This document shows positions 9,196 to 18,162 of a DNA stretch of 64,000 bases, piece after piece (within the stretch, counting starts at the first letter, position 1; every line of letters begins with the position of its first letter). The notes under the pieces were generated by a model. The model had not been told where the DNA came from. It ran no database searches and was given only the letters and a program-made list of their open reading frames with translations. Source of the stretch: Terriglobia bacterium (GTDB taxonomy: Bacteria > Acidobacteriota > Terriglobia > Bryobacterales > UBA6623). The position numbers and the translations under genes are program-made. The DNA lies in contig VXMF01000021.1 in the NCBI GenBank assembly GCA_009841225.1, positions 90,583-154,582 on the forward strand. Direction: 5' to 3'.

Positions 9196-10953
9196 TTGGC
9201 GATAGAGCCCAAGACCAACAACGTCCAGGACGTCCGTTACGAACCGGATGAGCGGCCACCGCTCCCGGTCGCTGTCGGGCTCGGGCTGCAGTACGTGGCG
9301 ATCACTGCGGCCAGTATTGTATTGACGCCGGCGCTGCTGGTTGGGACCGTCGGGGGTAGCGACGACTATCTCACCTGGGTCGTGTTCTCGGCCCTCGTTG
9401 TGAGTGGAGTGACCACGGTGATTCAGGTCGTTCGCGTCGGACGCCTAGGCTCCGGATACATCCTGCTAATGGGCAGCAGCAGCGCTTTCCTCGCCGTCTG
9501 CGTTCCTGCGCTCGAGCGCGGCGGCGGCGGACTCCTGGCGAGCCTGATCATCATCTCGTCGCTTTGCCAGTTCGTCCTGGCGGCCAAACTCTCCCTGTTC
9601 CGGAAGATCTTCACGCCGACTGTGGCGGGCACGGTCCTAATTCTGATTCCGGTGACGCTGGCCTCGATCATCGTGCGCAGGCTGACCGACGTGCCGGCTG
9701 AGGCTGCGTCTGCCGCCGCGCCGGTTACGGCCGGGGTGACTCTGGCAGTGATCGTCGCGATCTCCATGCGTGCGAGCGGAGCCTTCCGGCTCTGGGCGGC
9801 GGCGGCGGGGCTGGTGATCGGCAGCCTGGTGGGCGGGCTTTCCTTCGGGATCTACGACAGCGAGCGCGTCTTGGAAGCAGCGTGGGTAGGGCTGCCGGCG
9901 CTTGCGTGGCCCGGCATCGACCTCAGCTTCGGTCCCGACTTCTGGGCCCTGCTCCCGGCGTTCGTCATCGTGACGCTCGTCGGTGCACTGGACACGATCG
10001 GGGACGGGATCGCCATCCAGCGGATTTCCTGGCGAAAGCCGCGCGCCATCGACTTCCAGTCCATTCAGGGCGCGCTTGCCGCCGACGGGCTGGGCAACCT
10101 GTTGTCCGGGTTGCTAGGCACAGTGCCGAACACGACGTACGCGAGCAGCATCGCGGTCGCCGACCTCACTCGGGTAGCGGCGCGCGTCGTCGGCATTTGT
10201 GCTGGGGTGATGTACGTAGGGCTGGCGTTTCTTCCCAAGCTTGTCGCCGTCATCGTCGCGATTCCCGGTCCGGTAGTCGCCGCGTATTTCATCGTAATCA
10301 TGGCGTTTCTGTTCATCCTCGGCGTCCGGATCCTTGTTCACGACGGCCTCGACTATCGCAAGGGCTTCGCGGTGGGCCTCGGATTCTGGCTGGGGCTCGC
10401 CTTTCAGATGGACTGGATATTCCCCGAGTACTTTCAGGGCGCGTGGAGCGAGCTACTCGGGAACGGGATGACGGTGGGCGGCCTGACAGTGATCATCCTG
10501 ACGCAGTTCGTGGAACTAACCGGGCCTCGCCCCCGGCGCCTGAAGACAGAGCTGACATTTGAGAACTTCACGAAGGTGGATGACTTCCTGTCCGACTTCG
10601 CCGCGCGCGGGAAGCGTACCCCGGAGATGACAGACCGGATCCGGGGCGTCGGCGAAGAGATGCTGGTCACCCTGTCCCGGCCACAGGCAGACGACGGGCC
10701 GAAGCCAGAGCGGTTTCTGTTGGTGGTCGCACGCGACGACGGGGACGCGGTCAATCTCGAGTTCGCGGCGGCAACCGACGACACCAACCTAGAGGATCGA
10801 CTGGCCCTGCTCGGCGAACGCGGCGGCGGCCCTCCGGTCGAGGAGGAGATCTCCCTGCGCCTGCTGCGACACTACGCTTCGTCAGTGCGCCACCAGCAGT
10901 TCCACGACACAGACGTGATCACAGTGCGGGTCGGTCCAGCCACGTCTCTGTGA
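9196..10953 (+). CDS. NCS2 (xanthine/uracil/ascorbate) permease with an extra ~140-aa soluble C-terminal domain
   Basis: VGLGLQY, GSSSAF and ADGLGNLLSGLLGTVPNTTYASSI (NAT motif region); many TM helices; hydrophilic tail from about 10535. Confidence 0.85.
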   Translation: MAIEPKTNNVQDVRYEPDERPPLPVAVGLGLQYVAITAASIVLTPALLVGTVGGSDDYLTWVVFSALVVSGVTTVIQVVRVGRLGSGYILLMGSSSAFLAVCVPALERGGGGLLASLIIISSLCQFVLAAKLSLFRKIFTPTVAGTVLILIPVTLASIIVRRLTDVPAEAASAAAPVTAGVTLAVIVAISMRASGAFRLWAAAAGLVIGSLVGGLSFGIYDSERVLEAAWVGLPALAWPGIDLSFGPDFWALLPAFVIVTLVGALDTIGDGIAIQRISWRKPRAIDFQSIQGALAADGLGNLLSGLLGTVPNTTYASSIAVADLTRVAARVVGICAGVMYVGLAFLPKLVAVIVAIPGPVVAAYFIVIMAFLFILGVRILVHDGLDYRKGFAVGLGFWLGLAFQMDWIFPEYFQGAWSELLGNGMTVGGLTVIILTQFVELTGPRPRRLKTELTFENFTKVDDFLSDFAARGKRTPEMTDRIRGVGEEMLVTLSRPQADDGPKPERFLLVVARDDGDAVNLEFAAATDDTNLEDRLALLGERGGGPPVEEEISLRLLRHYASSVRHQQFHDTDVITVRVGPATSL

Positions 10954-11513
10954 GCACCGTTCGAAGCTCCGGACTGGAGGTGACCGACGGGAGCGGCCCC
11001 GGGGGTCGTGTGATGCTGATTGCACTGGGTGGTTTGCCGGGCGTAGGGAAGTCGACCATCGCGACATCCCTAGCCCGGAGGATCGGGGCGGTCCATCTGC
11101 GCATCGACACGATTGAGCAGGCGATGCGCAACGCGGGCCTCAAGGTGTCGGGACCGGAGGGATATCTTGCAGCTCGCGATCTCGCCGAGGACAATCTGCG
11201 CATCGGCCACAGCGTCATCGTCGACTCGGTCAATCCGATAGCGATTACTCGCAGCTACTGGCACGCGACCGCGGCGCATCTAGCGATAGATCTCGTGGAG
11301 ATCGAGGTTATCTGCAGCGACAAGCGCCAGCATCGTCAGCGGGTCGAGTCACGCGTCAGCGATGTCCCCGGCCTTGTAGTTCCGACTTGGCAGCAGGTTC
11401 TGGACCGAAGCTATGAGCCATGGACGACCGCACATATCGTGGACACGTCCGGGTGCACATTGGAGGACACGCTATCGCAGGTCGAAACCATCGTGTGCTC
11501 GCGCCGGCCCTGA
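10950..11513 (+). CDS. P-loop kinase/AAA_33-like ATP-binding protein
   Basis: Walker A GLPGVGKS, LRIDTIEQ, SVIVDSVN; GTGA overlap with the permease stop. Confidence 0.85.
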   Translation: MSTVRSSGLEVTDGSGPGGRVMLIALGGLPGVGKSTIATSLARRIGAVHLRIDTIEQAMRNAGLKVSGPEGYLAARDLAEDNLRIGHSVIVDSVNPIAITRSYWHATAAHLAIDLVEIEVICSDKRQHRQRVESRVSDVPGLVVPTWQQVLDRSYEPWTTAHIVDTSGCTLEDTLSQVETIVCSRRP

Positions 11514-11701
11514 CCCACGCGGTTGACTGATTGCCGTTGGCGATCATCGGCAAGGACGAGTCCGAAGGCAAGGATGCGGGTCAGTTGTGTCGCTTTGGGT
11601 CAGCGCGAGCCGTCCAGGCTCAACCGCACCGGCACTGACGGGCGATCCGCACTCGGGGAAGCTGCGAACTCACATGATCCGGAGCGTGAGATTGGTCGCA
11701 G

Positions 11702-12031
11702 CTATGCCGCTTGATCGATCAGCCTCGTCAGTGCTGAGAGGTGCCGCTTGAGGCTGGTCCGACCGCTCTCGCTGAGCCGGTACCAAGTTACAGGCCGCCG
11801 ATCGCGGTAGGTCTTCTCCACTGCCAAGTAGCCGGACTCCTCGAGCTTGCGGAGATGCGCGCCGAGACTGCCGTCCGTCTCGCCAAGCACCTGTTTAAGG
11901 CCGGTGAAAGACATCGCGTCGTGCCGGGAGAGCAGGACGCACGCCGCCAGCCGGACGCGATGCTCGAGGACGCCGTTGAGGAGGTCGAGCTCGTCAAGAG
12001 CAGGCACATCGGGGTCAGCTGGCGGTTTCAC
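11702..12031 (-). CDS. Winged-helix transcriptional regulator (ArsR/MarR-like)
   Basis: RVRLAACVLL...SFTGLKQVLGETDGSLGAHLRKLEESGYL...TWYRLS..GR; overlaps the upstream membrane-protein gene. Confidence 0.85.
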   Translation of the reverse strand: MKPPADPDVPALDELDLLNGVLEHRVRLAACVLLSRHDAMSFTGLKQVLGETDGSLGAHLRKLEESGYLAVEKTYRDRRPVTWYRLSESGRTSLKRHLSALTRLIDQAA

Positions 12032-12584
12032 GCTTCGGTGCTCCGAGCACGGCTCCGGTCACGAGCGCGATGGCGAGCACCACACCTGCAGTGGTCCAGC
12101 CAAAGCCAGGAACCCAGACCGTGACCAGGTACGCGGCCGCCGTCAGAATGCCGATAGGCATCATCCGGCGCTCGATATAGAGGCCCCCGTGGAAGTAGGT
12201 CAGCCCGAGCAGCAGGACCCACAAGGACCCGAACCCAGCCCACGTCAGTTGCCCTGCACTGACGAGGGCAAGCCCAAGCAGACCTGCAGTCATGAATGAC
12301 AGCCAGTGGAGACTATGGCGTACACCTGTCTGGCGATCCCGAACGCCGGCGCTACGACTCGCGCGCATCCCGAGCCAAACCGAGAGCACGAATCCGATGG
12401 GCCCTGCAAAGAGCCAGTAGGTGCCGATCCACGAATAGTCGTCGACAAAGTCGACCAGCGCGAAGCCAACGCCTCCAAGCAACGCCCACAAGAGATAGAT
12501 CGCAGGAACGGATCGCGTCTCCAATCGTTCGGCCGCGGCACGAACAAACGCGATATCTTCCTTGAGTTGGGTTTTGTCGGTCAT
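12015..12584 (-). CDS. Integral membrane protein (about 6 TM), hypothetical
   Basis: Hydrophobic helices after an N-terminal QLKEDIAFVR segment; SD AAGGAGG upstream. Confidence 0.7.
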   Translation of the reverse strand: MTDKTQLKEDIAFVRAAAERLETRSVPAIYLLWALLGGVGFALVDFVDDYSWIGTYWLFAGPIGFVLSVWLGMRASRSAGVRDRQTGVRHSLHWLSFMTAGLLGLALVSAGQLTWAGFGSLWVLLLGLTYFHGGLYIERRMMPIGILTAAAYLVTVWVPGFGWTTAGVVLAIALVTGAVLGAPKRETAS

Positions 12585-12610
12585 CGAGTCCTCCTTGACT
12601 CTGGATTACT

Positions 12611-12637
12611 GAGTTACTCTGAGTTACAGAGTAACTC
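12611..12637. promoter_or_regulatory. Operator-like inverted repeat GAGTTACTCTG-N5-CAGAGTAACTC
   Basis: Perfect 11-bp arms (12611-12621 and 12627-12637), between the predicted -10 and the start of the membrane protein/wHTH operon. Confidence 0.7.
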
Positions 12638-12638
12638 T

Positions 12639-12667
12639 ACAGTACAGAGTATTGCGGCTGCTGTCAA
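12639..12667 (-). promoter_or_regulatory. Sigma70-type promoter TTGACA-N17-TACTGT
   Basis: On the minus strand: TTGACA at 12667-12662, a 17-nt spacer, TACTGT at 12644-12639; points into the 12584 gene. Confidence 0.65.
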
Positions 12668-12789
12668 CCCCAGCCGGAAAGAAGCGTTTCGGCGCTGGCC
12701 GGAAACTTGAGTCTCTACGGATGCAACAGGCTACGATGCATGGACCGAAGACAGATACGGCCATGCCAGATTCCAGCCGCCCCTGCTGG

Positions 12790-12937
12790 ACAGCCCCTCG
12801 GCGAGTTGCTTCTCTTGCCGGCGCGCCCAGCGCCGCCGCTGGCGGTCCAGCGGGAACAGCTGGCGGCCCAGTGCCCACAGGTGCTCGCGGGCGTGGTAGA
12901 TGTCGACGATCTCGCTGGCGTCAGGGAAGTAGATGTG
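12790..12937 (-). mobile_element. Transposase fragment, ISKra4-like (IS remnant)
   Basis: Minus-strand frame absent from the ORF track reads HIYFPDASEIVDIYHAREHLWALGRQLFPLDRQRRRWARRQEKQLAEG. It resembles the FP.A..IVD.YHA.EHLW segment of ISKra4-family transposases; an in-frame stop lies just upstream. Confidence 0.65.
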
Positions 12938-13025
12938 GCTCGATCTTCAGCGAGTCCCCCTGTCGCTGCTATTCTGGGCGCCGGTGCCACCGCGTCCGGC
13001 TGAACTCTTGGCCTGTCGCGGTCAG

Positions 13026-14501
13026 ATGGAACTGCACAATTACAAGGTGCCCACGAGGACCGGAATCGGGACACTGAGGTTCGCAAGCTGGCTCCGGACA
13101 CTGGCGGCAGTGGCATCGGTATTTGTGTCCTGCCAAGGAACTCCGGACACACCCGAAACCCTCCCGCCCCTGCCCTCGTTCCGCTTGGACGCGATGTCTC
13201 CTGGAGCGCGGGCGACGCTGGAACCTGCACAGGATCGTGCGATCAGAAACCCGCGCGATAGCGAGGCAAACGGCGCATTGGCGATGGCCCTGCACGCCTA
13301 CGAACTGCGCGACGGGGCCGCTGCAGCATACCGCCGCGCAGCCACGCTGGCACCGAACGAAGGGCGGTGGCAGCATTACCTTGGGCTGGTCCTTGCGGAG
13401 TCGGGACAGCATTCACAAGCAGCGGAGCACTTCCGCAGGGCGGCTGCGATCAAGCCGGACTCTGTGGCGGCGCGCATTTGGCTAGGCGAGTCGCTCCTCA
13501 GCGACGGCCGTCCGGCCGAAAGCCAGAGGGCCTTTGAGCAGGCCATCGAACTGGACCCGTCCAGTGCTGCGGCGCACTACGGCCTAGGACGGGCGCGGGA
13601 TTCTACCGGAGACTCGGACGCAGCCCTGCGGTCCTTTCTGCGGGCGGTCGACCTGACACCGGAAGCCGGTGCAGTCCGGTACAGTCTGGCGATGCTGTAC
13701 CAATCTCTGGGACGGGCGAGCGATGCCAAACAGCAACTGGAGATGGCGGGCGGGGTCCGCCAGCAACCACCGATCAACGATCCCCTCGTGGCGGCTCTCC
13801 GCAACCTGCGGAGGGACAGGCAGAAGTACTTGCAGGAAGGGCTCCGATTGGAAAGCGAAGGCCTGTTGGCGGAGGCAGTACAGGCTTATGGAAGGGCGGC
13901 GGAGGCTGACGCCCGCTACGCCCAGCCGCACATCAACCTAGTCGCCGTGTACGGGAAACTAGAGCGCCTTAATGACGCCTCCCGCCACTACGACCGCGCC
14001 CTGGCGCTGGCACCCGACTCCGAGGAACTGCATGTCAACTGGGGCACTCTGATGGCTCAGCACGACAGGCTCGAGGAGGCAGCGGCGAGTTTCCGTCGGG
14101 CGTTGGAGATCAACCCTCACGCCGGCGGAGCGCATGCCGACCTGGCGTGGGTCCTCGAACAGTCAGGGAGCCACACGGAGGCGCTTGAGCACTACCGCCT
14201 CGCGGTGCAGTACGACCCGACCAACCGTCCGGCGAATTTCGAACTTGCGAGGGACCTGATTCGCAACGACCGCATCGAGGAGGCTATCCAGCACTTGCTG
14301 CGGACGCTGGAGCCAGTGGACGAGCGGACGCCAACCTACCTCTACGGCCTGGCCGACGCGCACCTGCGGATCGACGAGCCGCGCAAGTCCGCCGAGTATC
14401 TTCGGCGCGCGCTCGAACTCGCGAACGGAATGGGCCAGTCGGAACTAGCTCGCAACCTCGAGGCGGATCTCCGAGCTCTGGAAGCGGCCGGTCGCCGCTG
14501 A
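13026..14501 (+). CDS. Tetratricopeptide repeat protein, possible lipoprotein
   Basis: Repeated A..Y..A..L.P...A...LG TPR units; VFVSC lipobox-like motif. Start moved from 12933 (which overlaps the IS remnant) to ATG 13026. Confidence 0.85.
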   Translation: MELHNYKVPTRTGIGTLRFASWLRTLAAVASVFVSCQGTPDTPETLPPLPSFRLDAMSPGARATLEPAQDRAIRNPRDSEANGALAMALHAYELRDGAAAAYRRAATLAPNEGRWQHYLGLVLAESGQHSQAAEHFRRAAAIKPDSVAARIWLGESLLSDGRPAESQRAFEQAIELDPSSAAAHYGLGRARDSTGDSDAALRSFLRAVDLTPEAGAVRYSLAMLYQSLGRASDAKQQLEMAGGVRQQPPINDPLVAALRNLRRDRQKYLQEGLRLESEGLLAEAVQAYGRAAEADARYAQPHINLVAVYGKLERLNDASRHYDRALALAPDSEELHVNWGTLMAQHDRLEEAAASFRRALEINPHAGGAHADLAWVLEQSGSHTEALEHYRLAVQYDPTNRPANFELARDLIRNDRIEEAIQHLLRTLEPVDERTPTYLYGLADAHLRIDEPRKSAEYLRRALELANGMGQSELARNLEADLRALEAAGRR

Positions 14502-14518
14502 CAGCGACCGGCCGCCGG

Positions 14519-17500
14519 TCAGAAGATGAGCTTCATCCCGAACTGGATCTGGCGGGCCGGGCAGCACTCCATCGTGGACGAGATCCGGCCGCCGGCTGGC
14601 CGGTTGATCGTCCCATTCGGGAAGTTGAAGTGGGGTTCGTTGAACAGGTTGAAGAACTCGGTCCGAAAGTCGAGCGAGACCCGTTCGGTCAGACCGAAGG
14701 TCCGGGAGACCATCACGTCAAGGTTGACAAGGCCCGGACCCTCGATGATCCAGGCCGCCGAGTCTCCGAACGTGAAACGGTCGGGCACTTCGAATGCCCC
14801 GACGTCGAACCACCGCTCAGGCGTCCTCTCGCTACGAGGGAGGTTGCCGTCCCTGATCCGGTTCGGACGCTGACCCCCTGTCGTGTTGGCAGGGTTGCCA
14901 GCGACTCCGGGGGTGAGCGGCAGGCCGCGCTGCGCCTCAAAGATCGGAGAGATCTGCCACCCGCCGATGATCTTGGCGAGAGCGCCTTGCGTGGCGAACT
15001 TGCGGCCGCCTCCGAACGGCAGATCCCACACGCCGGCGTAAAAGAAGCGCTGCGGCATGTGCTGGCGCGAGATGGTTTTCTCCGGGGCCAAGTGCCAGTA
15101 GCTGGTCCTCTGCCCCAGCTGCTTGGCCAAGTTCTTGCTCCAAGTGAATCCACTCAGAACGGAGAATCCTCCGCCGAAGCGCCGCTCGAACTTTGCCTCA
15201 AGTCCTTGGTAGTTCGCCCCGCCGACCGCAGGGTTCGTATTGATGTTCGCGAATTGAGGGAACCAACGCCGAGGGTTGTTCGGCCCGGGCCCCGGCTCCG
15301 GCTGGTTCAGATTCGCGCCACTCTCGGTACGCACGGTGTTGGACCCCACGTAGGCGAAGGAGACTAGCGAGTTGCCGGGCAGGGACTGCTGGATGTTAAA
15401 GTTCCATTGATTCGTCGTGCCGTTCGGGAAAGAAAACGGCCAGACTCCCACGAGAGAGCGACCGGCGATCACGTCCGGATTCAGCGCATCGGACGGAACT
15501 CCATCCTGGATGACGACCCGCGAAGTCGAGCTCGCCGCTTGGGTGGGGATGTCGTTCTGCAGATAGAAGGGAGGATTAGCTGTGGGATCAGCCAGCACGG
15601 GCAACCTAAAGGTCGCGACGTAGAACACGCCGTACCCCGCCCTGATGACGGTCTTCGGAGTCACCTGATAGGCCAGCCCCACCCTCGGGCCCCAGTCATT
15701 GAGGTCGCGCATGCGGAACGACCTGCCCTCCACGCCGCTGCCTGTCGGGATCAATGTCCCGAAACGCGAATCTTCAGGGTCGATGATGAAGTTCATCGCA
15801 CGATCGTTCTGTTCCACGTACGGAGACTGGTACTCGTACCTCAGCCCGATGTTCAAGCTCAGCTTCGGCGTCACCTTCCAGTTGTCCTGGATGTAGGTCT
15901 CGTAGGCGTAGGCGTGGCGTCTAACGTTCAGGGGGGTGCTGAACCGCATATTGCTCGTCAGGCCGAGCAGACTGTCAGCGAGGCCGTCTCCCCCGCCTCG
16001 CACTCCCGCGACCGCGCGTGTGAACTGGTTGTTGAACCAGAACCGCCCCCGCGCAAAGTTGGTGATACCCGACCAGCGCACGAAATTGCGGACGTTGACG
16101 CCCATCTTGAGGGAGTGGCTGCCCTTGGTCATCGAGAAGCTCTCGACGATCTGACGCACATCCTGCTTCCTGGGGTCAGGAGCGAAGTTGCGGTCGCCGA
16201 TGGTTCGATAGCCGGAGGGCCGGAAGTCGGGCAGGCCGTTGATGTCCTCGCGGTCGAACAGACCCTTGAAGCCAAACTCTTTCCAGAGCTGTGTCTGCGT
16301 CGGAGTGTCAATGCCGCCGACCAGCCGGTTGTAGGCAACTCGGAGCTCGTTGACCATGCTGCCGCCCAGCGCTGCGGTCCAGTTCACGACCCCCGTCCTA
16401 GCCCGCGAAAAGCGGGTGGCGGTGTTGCCTCCGCTTGCCGGAAGCGGGAGGTTCCCTGGCTCGAGGCGGTCGAAGTTCAGGTAGCTGAAGCGAACAAAGA
16501 TCGTGTGGTTCGTGGCGGCACGCCAGTCAAAGCGAGAGTCGATCTTGTCGTCGTCCCGATTCCGCGACGGGTTAAAGAGGTAGTTCTGCCGCCCGCCCCG
16601 ATTCGGCTCCGGATACAACCCGACAATCCTCGCCGATACCGGGTCAATGCGGTGTGCAGGCAGGACGTCATTCTTGAACCGGGTCCGCGTCCCGTCGTCC
16701 GCCTGCGAAGCCGGATCGTAGATCTGAGCCATTCCCGAGAAATCGCCGCGAACCTGCTCGGGCGTTGGGATGATGCTGAGCCGCGTTAGCTTCTCCCGGA
16801 TCCTCGTGCCCTCGTAGCTGCCGAAATAGAACATCCGGTCCTTGACGAGCGGGCCGCCGAAGGTCGCTCCGTATTGGTTCTGCCGGAACGGGGGTTTCGG
16901 GCGCCCGCTGTTGAAGAAGTTGTTGGCATCGAGCACCTCGTTGCGGAGAAACTCGAACGCCGTCCCGTGGATGTCGTTGGTCCCGGACTTCGTTGTCACT
17001 TGGACGATGGCACCACCTCCGCGGCCGAACTCCGCGCCGTAGTTGTGAGTCTCCATCTTGAATTCCTGGATGGCGTCGATCGAGGGCTTCACGGCCTGGT
17101 TGGATGCCACCACGACGCCGCTGAAGTAGTTGTTGTTGTCCGCACCGTCGAGCGTGAAGACGTTCTGGTCGAATCCCGCGCCGTTGACGCTGAAGGCGTC
17201 CTCGACGAAGTTCTGCCGGCGGCTAGGGAGGACTCCGGCCGTCAGAACCGCGAGTTCCTGGTAGTTCCTGCCGTTTAGGGGCATCTGGGTGATCGTGGTG
17301 TTCTCGATCGCCTGCCCCAAGCTGGACGTCTCCGATTCCAGCAGCGGCAGTTCTGCGGTGACCTCGACGGTCTCGGTAACGGAGCCAACCTGGAGCTCCA
17401 CGTCCACACGAGCGCGCGTACCGGCACTGAGCGTGACATTCGGCCGCAGCAGGGTCTGGAACCCCTCGCTCGTCGCTGTCATGTCATACGTCCCGATGGG

Positions 17501-17725
17501 CAAGGCGGTGATGACGTAGTTGCCTGTCGAGTTGCTCTCAGCGGTGTACTCGAGGCCGTTAGCCTGGTTGATCGCTTGGACGGACGCTCCGGGGACGGCC
17601 GCCCCCGAGCTGTCAGTCACGATGCCGGTAATGGTGGCGGTGTCGGTCTGCGCAGACGCGATCGCCACGACAAGGAAGAGCCCGGCCACGAAAGCCGAGA
17701 CAGTGCGAAAGCTCGATAGTGCCAT
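14519..17725 (-). CDS. TonB-dependent receptor (acidobacterial Oar-like, N-terminal carboxypeptidase-regulatory-like domain)
   Basis: ITGIVTDSSGAAVPGA, MPLNGRNYQEL, PSIDAIQEFK, YGAEFGRGGG, TKSGTN..HG..FEFLRN, C-terminal RQIQFGMKLIF. Start placed at MALSS. Confidence 0.93.
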   Translation of the reverse strand: MALSSFRTVSAFVAGLFLVVAIASAQTDTATITGIVTDSSGAAVPGASVQAINQANGLEYTAESNSTGNYVITALPIGTYDMTATSEGFQTLLRPNVTLSAGTRARVDVELQVGSVTETVEVTAELPLLESETSSLGQAIENTTITQMPLNGRNYQELAVLTAGVLPSRRQNFVEDAFSVNGAGFDQNVFTLDGADNNNYFSGVVVASNQAVKPSIDAIQEFKMETHNYGAEFGRGGGAIVQVTTKSGTNDIHGTAFEFLRNEVLDANNFFNSGRPKPPFRQNQYGATFGGPLVKDRMFYFGSYEGTRIREKLTRLSIIPTPEQVRGDFSGMAQIYDPASQADDGTRTRFKNDVLPAHRIDPVSARIVGLYPEPNRGGRQNYLFNPSRNRDDDKIDSRFDWRAATNHTIFVRFSYLNFDRLEPGNLPLPASGGNTATRFSRARTGVVNWTAALGGSMVNELRVAYNRLVGGIDTPTQTQLWKEFGFKGLFDREDINGLPDFRPSGYRTIGDRNFAPDPRKQDVRQIVESFSMTKGSHSLKMGVNVRNFVRWSGITNFARGRFWFNNQFTRAVAGVRGGGDGLADSLLGLTSNMRFSTPLNVRRHAYAYETYIQDNWKVTPKLSLNIGLRYEYQSPYVEQNDRAMNFIIDPEDSRFGTLIPTGSGVEGRSFRMRDLNDWGPRVGLAYQVTPKTVIRAGYGVFYVATFRLPVLADPTANPPFYLQNDIPTQAASSTSRVVIQDGVPSDALNPDVIAGRSLVGVWPFSFPNGTTNQWNFNIQQSLPGNSLVSFAYVGSNTVRTESGANLNQPEPGPGPNNPRRWFPQFANINTNPAVGGANYQGLEAKFERRFGGGFSVLSGFTWSKNLAKQLGQRTSYWHLAPEKTISRQHMPQRFFYAGVWDLPFGGGRKFATQGALAKIIGGWQISPIFEAQRGLPLTPGVAGNPANTTGGQRPNRIRDGNLPRSERTPERWFDVGAFEVPDRFTFGDSAAWIIEGPGLVNLDVMVSRTFGLTERVSLDFRTEFFNLFNEPHFNFPNGTINRPAGGRISSTMECCPARQIQFGMKLIF

Positions 17726-17991
17726 GCGGGTTGCCTCCTTTTCTGGCATCCCGGCCGCTTGCGGGCACCGCTCAGCTCGCACCCGCCGACCCCTCAGTTG
17801 CGACCGGGGCGTTCGGGTCGCCTTATCCTAGAACGCTCCCAGCCCAGGGTGGGCCGGATCTCCGCCGATAGTTCGCAAAAAAGGGCAGATTCATGCCGAG
17901 ACAGGCCCTTGAGAGCATTCGCGTCTTGGTTCGGAAGGGTCTGGGAACGAATGAGCGGACGGAACGCCGCACTGAATGGACTAGCGAACCG

Positions 17992-18048
17992 CTCCGGACG
18001 ATCTGCTCTGACAGTTGGCCCGGCTACGCAGCGCTGGAGAAATCCGGA
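17992..18048 (+). mobile_element. Possible degraded transposase motif (IS1595/IS1-like)
   Basis: Short peptide LRTICSDSWPGYAALEKSG resembles the T(I)xTDxWxxY DDE-domain motif; only 19 codons long. Confidence 0.25.
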
Positions 18049-18162
18049 AGCCGGCCTCAGTGCTTCGGGACTTGATGAATCTCAATGAGAGCTTGTGGAC
18101 TGGGGCCGGACCAAGGTCCTGCGGACTGTGAACAGTGGCCAATGGACGTCCAGCTCCCGAGC

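Noticed and set aside
15407-16789. Long antisense or overlapping ORFs (e.g. 15407..16789, 34541..35851, 49106..50209, 56107..57495, 1995..2945, 4908..6053)
   Set aside because: They lie opposite or across well-supported genes, are Arg/Ala/Pro/Gly-rich and have no motifs. They are typical shadow ORFs of a high-GC genome.
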